The notes beneath the pieces were generated by a model that saw nothing but the letters and a program-made list of their open reading frames with translations, was not told the origin of the DNA and ran no database searches. The position numbers were made by a program, and so were the translations under genes. Shown one piece after another: positions 13,258 through 25,003 of a DNA stretch of 64,000 bases. Position 1 is the stretch's first letter, and each line of letters opens with the position of its first letter. Origin of the DNA: Octopus sinensis. Its lineage: Eukaryota. The DNA lies in contig NC_042998.1 of NCBI RefSeq assembly GCF_006345805.1, forward strand, positions 99,386,001-99,450,000, given 5' to 3'.

Positions 13258-13334
13258 GATCGTGTTGGAAGTCTGGGTAGCAAAGATTACAAAAAAGAGA
13301 GCTTTTCTCCCTCAGTTTCAATTGATGAGACTAG
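13258..13334 (+). CDS. APPL1: APPL exon (linker): DRVGSLGSKDYKKESFSPSVSIDET
   Basis: Long pyrimidine tract + tcatag acceptor, gtaaga donor; phase 0 in, phase 2 out, fitting both neighbours. Confidence 0.8.
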
Positions 13335-13464
13335 GTAAGATGTTCAAAATCTAACCTGAATGCAAATGTTGGTATTAGAAACTAGTGATAGATGAAAGAA
13401 ACATTACACAATCACTTTCCTTACTAGAAATATCAGCCAAATCTGCCTCAAAATGTGCCCTGCC

Positions 13465-13556
13465 CTTGTATATAAAGACAGACTGACCAATGCACTTCTT
13501 GACCTACAAAAATATACTGATGATCATTGTTGGAACACCTTTCGTTATGGGTCTGG
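13465..13556 (+). repeat. 92-bp direct repeat, copy 2
   Basis: Nearly identical to 12698-12790 (about 2 substitutions + 1 indel). Confidence 0.9.
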
Positions 13557-14894
13557 TCAGTGACAGCTAGCCTGGTTCTAGACAATAAGCAACTAAAGAT
13601 AGATGTCATTAAATTAAAAATACCTGACCTAATACTATTTAAATATATCATTGACAAAGAACAAATAAAATGAAGGTTTATTCAATATTCAAAAATAAAA
13701 ATGGAAAGATGGCTTAAATAATCATTCTTAATATGTTCCAGCAGATTCAGACATGGATATGCAAATCACTATTCTTCTTCGTCATTGGAGAAAACTCTGT
13801 TCAGACAAGTGTGTGTATTCATAACACACTTGATTCATTAGCATAAGGGAACTTTAGGACACCTGGTGTTTCAACATCATTGTGTCTCTTCAATCATAGC
13901 TACCCTGAACTAATGAATCTAACAAGAGTTTATGACTCTTTTTAAAACAGAAAGTATATTCTATGATAAGCTTACCTACCAATTTAATAAGCTGTATTCT
14001 TCCACATTTAAAGAAAGAGGCAAATGATGACCAGACTAAAGAGCTAAGAAGTATTTGCATTCCATTTCTAATATATAAACATTGACACATTTTCTTTCTT
14101 CATAAGATTATCAATTTTTGAATAATTGACCTTATCTTTTAGAGATACAAAAAGTTCAAATTTTGCATCAGCATTTGATCTTTGATTATTTTTTGATCAG
14201 ATGTCAATTTGTTGTATACATCACAGCATATTAGAAACCTTTGTTATTAAACTAAGGTTAACAGAGTCCAAAATCACTAGGCTGTTGTCATACATGAAAA
14301 ACTCTTTTAAATCTGGAATATATAATTAACAGACAACTAATTTCAGACATTTGTTTCTTTAACATATAACTGTGTATATTTATATCTAATCATTCATGTG
14401 TACTCAAATGTGGAAAGGCTATTACTACAGTAACTGTCTCAGAAGAGAGATTTTACTAATGTTTTCACACACATTGCTTATAAGGACAATATCTCTTATG
14501 ATACAAATAACACAGCAGTGATCTTTCCGTGTTGGAATATATATGGATATATAAAATATGAATGCACACAGTTTTATTTTATAATCCTCACTGCTTAGTG
14601 TGTCTTTAATTAATTTGCTCTTTTGTATTTATTTAATTTTGAACATGCTATCGTTAAAAATTCATTATTGTTCATTCTCTGCACAAGATTTTAAAATCCT
14701 TTGCATTCTCCTCTGCTTATTAGTGTACTGGCATTAACGGTAATCAACTGAAATATTTAAGGACTTGAGTAAGGACTTTTCAAACCTGTTACTACTTTTG
14801 ACTGCTGAAGGCCTCCCCACCAACTTTTTTTTATATTCCAATATCAGAAGACACAATTTGAACTTAGAATACTTAAAACTGCAGTAGATATCAG

Positions 14895-15075
14895 ACAGCA
14901 TATTATCCAATATTTTAATATTCCACCTCTCCACTGCTCTGAACTGGCACCTTATATATTGACCCTGAAATGATGAATGGCAAATTTGAACTAGGCAGGA
15001 ATTGAACTCAGAATGTAGAGAGCCAGAACAAATATCACTAAGCATTCTTTCCAATACTCTAATGACTTTGCCAAT
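14895..15075 (-). repeat. SINE family A, degraded
   Basis: Reverse-complement core ...TTGACCCTGAAATGATGAATGGCAAATTTGAAC...GAACTCAGAATG. Confidence 0.65.
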
Positions 15076-15168
15076 TAAATTTGTCATTGTTCTTAGATCT
15101 TAATAATAACTAGAAATAGGAAATATAGCTCTAAATAAAGTTCATTTGTAAATCTATATTTGCAATAT

Positions 15169-17350
15169 GGCTATAACCTAGTCACCCGTATAGTCAACCA
15201 GGTGATACACGAAGGAGTCATACCCAATGACTGGTGTAGCAGCATACTAGTCAACTGCTACAAAGGTAAAGGTGATGCCCTGGATACAAATAATTACAGA
15301 GGTATCAAGCTGTTGGATCAGGTAATGAAGGTTACGGAGAGGGTCATAGCCCAACTAATTAGAGAGAGAGTTAGTTTAGATGAGATGCAGTTTGGGTTGT
15401 CCCAGGGAAAAGCACCACTGATGCTATATTCCTGGTAAGGCAGCTGCAGGAGAAATACCTAGCCAAAGATAAGCCCCTGTACCTGGCTTTCGTTGACATG
15501 GAGAAAGCCTTTGATAGGGTCCCCCGATCCCTCATCTGGTGGTCAATGAGGAAACTAGGGATAGATGAATGGCTGGTGAGGGCTGTGCAAGCCATGTACA
15601 GAGATGCCGTAAGTAAGGTCAGAGTTGGCAACATGTACACAGAAGAATTCAAAGTAGAGGTTGGGGTCCACCAGGGTTCAGTACTCAGCCCCCTCCTATT
15701 TATCATAGTCCTCCAGGCAATAACGGAGGAATTCAAGACAGGTTGCCCCTGGGAGCTCCTCTATGCTGACGACCTCGCTCTAATCGCTGAGTCACTATCA
15801 GAACTGGAGGAGAAGTTCCAGGTGTGGAAGGAGGGTTTAGAATCGAGGGGCCTTAGAGTCAACCTAGCTAAAACCAAAGTACTAATAAGTAGAAAGGTAG
15901 AAAATCCACAAATATCCTCAGGAAGATGGCCCTGCTCGATCTGTAGAAAAGGTGTAGGTAGAAACTCTATAAGATGTACCCAGTGTAAGCTATGGACACA
16001 TAAGAGGTGCAGCAATGTCAAAGGTAGGCTAACTGGGAAGATAGTTTTTGTATGTGGCAGGTGCTCTGGAGCATTGACCTCCGAAAATCTGCAGAAAACA
16101 ACTTCCGTCACTTTCCGGGGGGAAAAACTAGAAGTAGTTGATAGCTTCCGCTATCTAGGTGACCAAGTCAGTAGTGGGGGTGGGTGCGCTGAAAGTGTAA
16201 CTGCTAGAATAAGAATAGCCTGGGCAAAGTTTAGGGAGCTCTTACCTCTGCTGGTGACTAAAGGCCTCTCGCTCAGAGTAAAAGGCAGACTGTATGATGC
16301 ATGTGTACGAACAGCTATGCTACATGGCAGTGAAACATGGGCCGTGACTGCTGAGGACATGCGTAAGCTCGTGAGGAACGAAGCCAGTATGCTCCGATGG
16401 ATGTGTAATGTCAGTGTACTTACTCGACAGAGCGTTAGTACCTTGAGAGAAATGTTGTACCTAAGAAGCATCAGTTGTTGTGTGCAAGAGAGACGATTGC
16501 GCTGGTATGGTCATGTGGCGAGAATGGATGAAGATAGGTGTGTGAGAAAGTGCCAATCCCTAGCAGTTGAGGGAACCCGTGGAAGAGGTAGACCCAGGAA
16601 AACCTGGGATGAGGTGGTGAAGCACGACCTTCGGACATTAGGTCTCACCATGGAAATGACTAGAGACCGAGACCTATGGAAGTATGCTGTGCGTGAGAAG
16701 ACCCGGCAAGACTAGTGAAGCCATAATCCGTGGCCCCTACCTGGGACGTAGTCAGTCCACCTGTGCATACCTTCCTTCTTGTGACACTTGTGAAGACCTG
16801 TTGAGGCAAGTGAGAATCGAATCGAATCAAATCAAATCAAATCGAACCAAATCAAAATAGATGAACATCAATGGAATTTGTATCCTTGTGGTACCAGTGC
16901 CGGTGGCACATAAGAAAACCATCCGAACGTGACCGTAGCCAGTACCGCAACGACTGGCCTCCGTGCTGAGGGCACGTAACAAACACCATCCGAGCGTGGC
17001 CGTCCGCCAGCCTCGTCTGGCACCTGTGTCGGTAACACATAAGAAAACACCATCCGAGCGTGACCGTCAGCCAGCCTCGCCTGGCACCTGTGTCGGTGGC
17101 ACATAAAAAACACCATCCGAGCGTGGCCGTCTGCCAGCCTCGTCTGGCACCTGTGTCGGTGGCACATAAAATCACCCACTACACTCTCGGAGTGGTTGGC
17201 GTTAGGAAGGGCATCCAGCTGTAGAAACACTGCCATATCTGACTGGCCTGGTGCAGCCTTCGGGCTTGCCAGACCCCAGTTGAACCGTCCAACCCATGCT
17301 AGCATGGAAAGCGGACGTTAAATGATGATGATGATGATGATGATGATGAT
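15169..17350 (+). mobile_element. Young 5'-truncated RTE LINE: RT region (one -1 frameshift near 15397), PHD-like insert, 3' UTR and (GAT)n tail
   Basis: NNYRGIKLL, QFG, FVDMEKAFDRVPR, GVHQGSVLSPLLF, LLYADDL, FRYLG, RRLRWYGHV; ORF ends at 16715; 3' UTR has an (AATCG/AATCA)n run at about 16815-16856 and 62-64-nt tandem units; tail at about 17322-17350. Confidence 0.95.
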
Positions 17351-19820
17351 TGTTGTAGGGAATAAGTAATAATGGTACACACCTCCCACGTGATGAATGG
17401 AATAACCTAGTCACTATAAGTAGAGATAAGTATGTGAAGTACCAGAGTACTTAGTAGGCAGTCAGAGATAGTCATATCTTTTACTGGTTTTACTAAGCAT
17501 ACTGTATACTGAAGTGAGCATTATAATAACCCAACATTTTAAAGATATAACAGTGGTGATGAGGGTAAACCAATTCACATGGAGTTGATAGAAACTCGTA
17601 GAGGAGTTAATAAACTCACAAAGTTTTGTGCGAATTTTATGAAAAGAAGTCATAAAACAATGGAAAGTTTGTTGGTTGGTTTGCTTGAGTTGCAAAAACT
17701 GCAAGAACCGCAACTGAAGGACCAACAACAGCAGCAGCTACAACTGCAAGAACACATGTTTGAAATGTTTAAACTTAGAGAAAAACAACGATGAGGACTA
17801 CATCTCATATGCTGATAGAGTTAACAGGCAATGCAAGAAGTTTAAGCTGGACAAATTAACGCCACATATGTTCAAATGCCTGATTTTTACACAAGGACTT
17901 ACTGCCGAAAAGGACGCAGAAATTAGAATTAGAATTCTCACAAAGCTGGAACAAAACCAGGCGGTAACCCTACAGCAAGTATCTGAAAAACATGAAAGTA
18001 TAGTCAAATTAAGACATGACACAGAGGAAATTGAAGTAAAGCAAGTGTGAAATAGAATTAAGATAAAGTGTTTTCTAAAAAACACAACAAAAATTGGGAA
18101 ATAAACCCATGTTTTGCATGTGGTGATATACACCTGAGGAAAAATTGTTCATTTAAAAAAGCAGAGTGCTTTCGTTGTGGAAATATAGGACATAAAGGTG
18201 CACTGTAGAACAAAGATGATAAAATGTCAGAACAAAGGAAAAAGAATAAATAGTATGCCATCAGAAGAATTTGATAATATAATGATAAGGAAATTTGTGA
18301 AGGTGAAAATCAGAAATACAAGTTTTAAATGCAGTTGGGCACTGGTAGGGATATCACCACTATAAACGAAAAAATGTGAAAATATATTTGGTAAGCCAAA
18401 ATTAATTAAATCAAAAAGGGTAGTGCAGAGTGATACTGGAAAAAGATTATATTTTTTCGGTGAATTCATATGTAATGTAACATTTCGAGGTCAAGCATAA
18501 AAGTTTAAGATATATATGTGTTAAAAAGTTCACTTAATTTATTCAGCATAGAGTGGATTGAACTATTCAAAATATGGAATATGCCCATAAGTGTTTTGTA
18601 TGGAAATAAAGTTGGGTCAGTCAAAGGTTTGAATGTAGCTGAGGACAAAACATTGCAGTAAAACAGAGTGGAACACCTGCATGTAAGCCAAAATGAAATG
18701 AAAAATTGCCCACGATAAAAGGTAACATTGTTCAAAAGTAAATGCTCCATAGTAGAGTATGCACATCAATGTTGCTGGTCCTTTAAATGATTATTACTAC
18801 TTAGTGGTAGTTGATAGTTTTTCAAAATGGCCCTGAAACCTTCTCAACTGTGATAATTTTTTTCACAAATTTTTTGCAATATTTGGAATCCCAGATGTGA
18901 TAATGTCTGACAATGGAATGTAATTTGTGTCTAGCAAATTTTTAAAATTTTGTGAAATGTTTGCAGTAGAATATATAACTATGGCATCATACCATCCCAC
19001 TTTGTCAATACGTCAAAAGAGCTCTTAGAAAATCAAATAATGAAGTTACAGATGTGGTAGCTCTACAACAATTTTTAAGAGTGTACCTGTGACACCAAAT
19101 CCAAATACCAGCTAGTAGATCACCAATGGAGCTGATGTTTGCAAAGAACATGAAATCAGTCTTTGATAAATTGCTACCTGGCAAGAAAAGAAAAAGTGCC
19201 AGGGAAGACACAGCAAGATTCTTTAAAGTTGGTGAAAAGGTGTATAAGAGGGCATGCAAGAATGGAAAGCAGAATTGGGAGGAGGGCGTAAATACCAAAT
19301 GCATAGGTAAAAAGTAGAAAAGACATACAAAAGAGACACAGGAACCAACAAAAAGATTCATGAAAAGTGAACCAAAGAACTTGGAGAAACCAATGGAATG
19401 GTTGTACGATATGTTCTAAGTACCAACGCCACTCCAGGTGATTGAACCCAAGCATACAAATGAGAGGAAAAGAAAACATACAGAGTTCCTGAAAATAAAT
19501 GCCAGGGTGCAAAAAATATAAAATTGTATGAAAAAAATCTCAAAAAAAGAAAGTGGGGTGAATAAAAAAATTATTGCTAAATAAAATGATGTTTCATAAG
19601 AAAAACTTAAAAGGGGAGATGTTGTAGGGAGTCAGTAATAATGGTACACCCCTTCCATGTGATGAATGGAATAACCTAGTCACTATAAGTGAAGAGAAGT
19701 ACATGAAGTATCAGAGTATGTAATAGGTGGTCAGAGATAGTCGTGTCTTTACTGGTTTTACTAAGTATACTGTACACTGAAGTAGGCATTATAATAATGC
19801 AACATTTGAAGGATATAACA
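17351..19820 (+). mobile_element. Gypsy/Ty3-type LTR retrotransposon, internally deleted (no RT/RNase H seen), degraded
   Basis: LTRs 17351-17552 and 19620-19820 (TG...CA, about 26 substitutions + 1 indel); PBS-like TGGTGATGAGG at 17554; PPT AAAAGGGGAGA at 19609-19619; gag with two zinc knuckles at about 18110-18208; protease-like remnant near 18330; integrase HINVAGP/VVVDSFSKWP/SDNG at about 18760-19030. Confidence 0.9.
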
Positions 19821-19834
19821 ATTATATATATTCT

Positions 19835-20070
19835 GAAGGCATTGAACTGACCTAAAACTGTGAGCTGACAGAATTGTTAGCATGCTGAGAGAAATGCTTA
19901 GTAGTATTTCATCTCCTTACACTCTAAGTTTGAATTCTGCCAAAGATAACTTTGCCTCTCATCTTTTTGGAGTCAATAAAATAAGTGCCAGTTGAACACT
20001 GGAGTCGATTTGATCACCTTAGCCCCCCCACTCCAAACTTTCTGGCCTTGTGCCAAAATTTGAAGCCAAT
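19835..20070 (+). repeat. SINE family A just upstream of an APPL exon
   Basis: GAGCTGACAGAATTGTTAGCATGCTG...TTTGCCTCTCATCTTTTTGGAGTCAATAAAATAAGTGCCAG...GGCCTTGTGCCAAAATTTGAA. Confidence 0.75.
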
Positions 20071-20154
20071 ATTTTATTCTGGTTTACAGTTATGAACTAT
20101 GCTTGGTATCTGCCATCAGCCTGCGTTATATTTCTGTATAATATCTCTTTTCAG

Positions 20155-20313
20155 TTCTGGTTCTTATAGTGTGCAGAATCGAAAGACTTCTGACAGTTGT
20201 CTACCAAGTACTACAACATTCACAGATAGCTTTTTACCAGATGTTCCTATTCAATTTGATTTGATGTCTCCTAGTGAAGAAATTGTGTCTAATTTAAATG
20301 AAGAACTTTCTAA
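20155..20313 (+). CDS. APPL1: APPL exon (linker): SGSYSVQNRK...FLPDVPIQFDLMSPSEEIVSNLNEELS
   Basis: tttcag acceptor, gtgagt donor; conserved PIQFD motif; 1+156+2 nt. Confidence 0.9.
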
Positions 20314-21057
20314 GTGAGTCAACAAACAAGTATTTTTAATTTCCAAAATTACTGCAAAAATAAACAAATTACTATATTGCAATAAAAAGTATACTCATAT
20401 ATACGTGTGTGCTTTGTCATGTGATGGTAGTAAATGAGCATCATTGTTGTAGAAAGAAAGTTGTTTGTTTCCAGTTTTCCATGTAAAATGTGTGGCTATG
20501 GGGAATATTACATTGCCTGGAAACAGGTGACATTAGGTGGCAGGAAGGACATTTGGCTGTTAACCTAATCCATGCAAGTCTGGAAAAATGAGTGTTAAAT
20601 TATGATAATGATGATAATCAGATGTTATTTGGTTTTAGTTCTGTTTTTGATATCACATATGTGAATTACCTGTGTCATTTTAGCACTATTACATGTTTTC
20701 TATTCTCAGCATCTCTAGCTCTCACTTATTATCTGTATATATGTGTATATATTTATTATAGTTGGGTAAAATTCTCATAGCCTGCATTTAAGAGCTCTTA
20801 AGCTGTTAGCTGGCTACAACATGTTATCCTAGATTAGGGTATATGCACACGTGGAATACCTCTTTGCATAAGATTAATACAAGAATAATATAACTCATGG
20901 AGGAGGATTAATCGTATTCCGTCTGATGAAGCACCCATACACAGCTGAAAAATATTCATCTTTATAATAATTTAGTAAGCCTCTTAGTTTTAGGAAATTG
21001 TGCATCACTTTGTTAACCCTTAATTTAAGGTTCAGAACATGATGCATCTGTTTAGAG

Positions 21058-21302
21058 CAGTGGTTCCAAGGTTCATATGACCCTTGGGAGTCCATATAAG
21101 ATTTAGTTGTTAAAATTTATGTGCAATAAATTGATTATACTTCTACAATACACAAAATTCTTTAATACAAATCCTAAGAATACTTGATTATAAAAATATA
21201 ATATGGTTTTTTAAACATTGAATGGCTATGAGGATTCATCCAGGCAAAAGAAGGATTAAAGGCTCCATAGGTTAAAAAAAAAAAAAGGGTTGAGAACCAC
21301 CA
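21058..21302. mobile_element. hAT (Charlie-type) MITE
   Basis: Termini CAGTGGTTCC.../...GAGAACCACCA; 8-bp TSD GTTTAGAG (21050-21057) / CTTTAGAG (21303-21310). Confidence 0.8.
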
Positions 21303-21615
21303 CTTTAGAGTATTTTAATATTGAAATTGAGTTTAGAATAATTTAATAGTGATATTGAATTTGTTAATCTTTTAATCTTTATGTGAAATATTGAGAGATG
21401 ACAAAATCTGTGATGATGTCCTCCAAATGATTGCATAAGTAAAGAAAAACCTTTTCAAAGAATATTATCCTGGTATTAATGAAACTATTTAGTAAATGTC
21501 TTGTAAGAGTGGAAAGACTAGTTTATTTGATGGAAAAAGAGGTGAACTCTTTTACAATCATGTTCTGATTATATCATGAGAGCATGACCAGTTTTGGTTT
21601 CTCACTTTTCTGCAG

Positions 21616-21737
21616 ATGTAACTTATTGGATGAAATGAATTCCAAAGATTCTTCTGAACAAGTTGATAATGTGAAAAGTTTCAAAAGGAAATTTACAGTT
21701 CGTTTCATAGGATCAATGGAAGTGCCACAAGATAGAG
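21616..21737 (+). CDS. APPL1: APPL exon (PTB start): CNLLDEMNSK...KFTVRFIGSMEVPQDR
   Basis: ctgcag acceptor, gtatga donor; 1+120+1 nt. Confidence 0.93.
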
Positions 21738-23489
21738 GTATGAATTTGCTATTGAACTTCTTTATATTTTTTCCTATATAAAACAATGTATGCATGTGTA
21801 CAAATGAAAGTAAGAATCCATGCATATTTGCTTACTTACACATATACATACACATTTTTTTTTTGCAAATAACTTGCAGATGCAAGTGCTAACAGTTGAA
21901 AGCTCTGCATACCAGATGCTAGCAAGTTTGTGAGGTCATCCATTAAAACCCACCTACCCACCAACCTACAATTATTGTTTTCTGTCAGTTATTATTTGTT
22001 TTATGTTTGCTTCTTTAGACTTGTGTGAAATAAGATTTGCTGTACTTCAATCAAACAACAACACTTGCTTCCTATTTATACAAATCATAGACATTCAAAC
22101 TGAACAATAAACAGGCAAGAATCATCCGTAGGCTACTGTTACTGTATTTTATAAAATAGCACAATAAACAAACAAAATATAATGATGTAAAATTATTTAT
22201 TGTTTTGTCTTTGTATACATGTAGAGATATGTATGTAAAAGTGTACTTATAGTGAGTACTAAAAGCACTTAAATTAGTGAACTGCACTTCTTTATGATAC
22301 CGTTTGCAAATAAATAATGTGATATGACAAACTGGCTCTTCAGTTAGTATGTTTGTACTCTGTCACCACAGGAACCATAATAAATTATGGTTCCAAGAAC
22401 CATAATAAATTCTGCCTTTATCATCATTTGACAACTGTTTTCCATGTTGGTAGGAGCTGTATGGTTTGGCAGGATCCATTGAATCAAAATACTGTCATGT
22501 TCCAATGTCTTCTTAGTCATAATTAGATGCCTTTCCTAATGCCATCCACTTTTACAGAGTGTACTGGGTGCTTTTGTTTTTGCGGCATCAGTGCTAGTGA
22601 GGTTGCCTTGTAACTTGCAAAGCTAAAGAGACCCTTTAATTAGATATGTTTGAAATGTCACAAACATTCAATTAGCTTTCACTTTCTGGATGTTTGTATC
22701 ATCATCATCATTATTCAATGTCTGTTTTCCATGCTGGCATGGGTTGTACGGTTTGACATGGCCAGCCAGGGGTATATATAATTGTAAACAATCAAATAAT
22801 TCCACAGTAACACAAGCAGGTCTAGTCTCACCTTTAATATTAATTTTATTTTTGCTTCATCTGTGTCATTCACTTCCATCATTTTGTTTATTATAATTCC
22901 ATTCACATCTTGAATGTTTTATAGGATTATTAAATTGATTCCCAATGTACTTTAGTTTAATGACTTCAGAAATATGAAAGATGGAGTCGACCTTAACACA
23001 ATTTGAACTCAGTATATAAAGAGCAAAAGATGAATACCACTGGCATTTTTCCTAATACTCTAATGATTCTGTCAGTCTACTGACAAAAGTTTATGATATG
23101 GGAGTTGAATCCACAATGTAAAGAGACTTGTAAAGAGTTAAATTTTGCATTGGATTTTGCCTGCAGCTCTACTGATAGTGTCAATTCACTCCTCTAATTG
23201 ACATAGATATGGAAATGTATGCCTACTAATAAATTTACATATTGACACATATTTATTCATATATGCACACCGTGTGAGTATAATTATATATGTGTGACTA
23301 TTTATTGGTGTACTTCATCCATTTCCTTTATGTAATTTCACACGTTTGACAAAGAATTCATTTTATGTTCCTTGGGCTTAGGGAGAAAAGATGAGCAGAG
23401 ATTAAACTTATATATATCTTTCAGGATGTGTTCATCATCATCATCATCACCACCACCATAAACACTACCATTATCATTATACTTGTTTT

Positions 23490-24830
23490 TCCATGCTTGT
23501 AAGGATTGGACTGGTCTTCTTCAGCACACCATACCACTTGTTGCACTGCCTTGTCATCTTCATCAGATTCTACAACCTGAGATCAGATTTCCTTACTTGC
23601 TCCTATGTCTTTCTTGTCTTTCCACTGCAGGTTATTTCGACTTGAATTGGTTACCAACATCCCACATCCATACCAATTCAGTCTTTCTTGCACACTACAA
23701 CTGACTTCTCAGTTTTGTCAGCACATTTGTGTTTCATTGTTCATGCACATTAACATTATACATTCAGTTGAACATACTTGCTTCACTTCTTAACAGTTTT
23801 TGTATGTCTTGCACATTCAGTGCAGCTTCTCTGCACATGACTTGTACAACTCTTACAAACCATTCATCTACACTTAGTTTTCTTTGCAATCACCAGACTA
23901 CAGAGTGTAGTATCCTGTCAAAATCCTTTTCCTAGTTGATGAGTGCTAGACATAAATTCCTATATTGGTCTTAGCAGGAAGAGGACGTCATAGCATATCA
24001 TTCTAATTCAAGCCTAAACTGCATCTCATCTAAGCTAATTTTCTTCCTATTTTCTTCCTAATTAGTTCTGCTGTTACTCTTCCTGCTAATTTATAAGTTG
24101 ATCTATCAGTTTGATGCCTTTGTAGTTATCACACTTCTTTCTAGATCTCCTTTGCTCTTGTCATAATGGACGAAGATACCGGTGTGCCAATTATTAGAAA
24201 TGACCCTTTCTTGAACTCCTGATTGACTATGTAAATGATTAACACATGTCCTACTTTATCAGATATTTTCGGCAACCCAGTAAATATTCTTGATTTTCAA
24301 TCTGCTTTCCATGTCTTCATAATCTTAATGACCATTTTGACCATATAACCATTGATTTCAATAGGTAGTCCCTTTGTTATTCAACTTGAGGTAGTCCCTC
24401 TTTTCTCACAAATTCTCATTCAGCAATCACTTTTAGCAGCAGTTACACACTTCTTTCTCAGCATCCCTTAAGGCAAGTGCAATTATCATTACACATACAC
24501 TTTTCAGCAATAATGTTATGATTCCTACTTGTACACTTCTTTACAATCTGGAACATTTCATACCTCTGACCTCACTGAACATTGGTAAGCCTCTTTTCTT
24601 TGACTTCTCTCTGCTAAATATACCTGATATTTAGCTTTTCTTCTAACCACATGATAATGTTTTCTCCCACAATTCTTCCATTGTCTCCAGGTCTCTCTCT
24701 TAGCTTTTATAGCTTTATCTATCATACCTTTCCACCTTTTTGTGATCTTGGCTGGAACCTTACTCTTACAAATCAGGTCTGTTACTCATAGATTATTTTG
24801 TAGACATACTCAGTTACCTTTTATATTTTA
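23490..24830 (-). mobile_element. Old degraded RTE LINE (RT region)
   Basis: The reverse strand gives remnants resembling NYKGIKLIDQL (about 24100-24130) and GKTRKT..VRKSDLRL (about 23570-23625). Confidence 0.6.
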
Positions 24831-24894
24831 GGTTTTTATCTCCATCTTCTCATCAAAACTGTAATTATCTCTAAATATAAATGTCTCTTTTCAG

Positions 24895-25003
24895 GTGAAG
24901 CCCTTGTGAACAAGACAATGCGTCACATAATGGCAGCTCGCGCAATACATAATGTTCTGAGAATGACAGAATCTGAATTGATAATATCTGACACATCTCT
25001 GAG
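24895..25003 (+). CDS. APPL1: APPL exon (PTB): EALVNKTMRHIMAARAIHNVLRMTESELIISDTSL
   Basis: tttcag acceptor, gtaatt donor; 2+105+2 nt. Confidence 0.94.

Noticed and set aside
11090-15200. The endonuclease fragment (ends about 12215) and the RT fragment (starts 15169) are nearly consecutive parts of an RTE ORF, suggesting one split element
   Set aside because: The first is heavily decayed and the second nearly intact, and two APPL exons lie between them; independent insertions are more plausible.
16985-17173. CRISPR-like array of regularly spaced repeats
   Set aside because: The units are tandem with no unique spacers, lie in a eukaryotic LINE 3' UTR, and there are no cas genes.
15371-17414. 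Several 70-145 aa minus-strand ORFs
   Set aside because: Antisense shadows of the RTE ORF and its GC-rich 3' UTR.
20894-20957. Third hammerhead-like motif (CTC-ATGGAG...TTCCGT-CTGATGA-AGC...GCT-GAAA)
   Set aside because: The core and a 3-bp stem II are present and a type-III stem I is possible, but stem III does not pair in either topology; this may be chance or too decayed to support.
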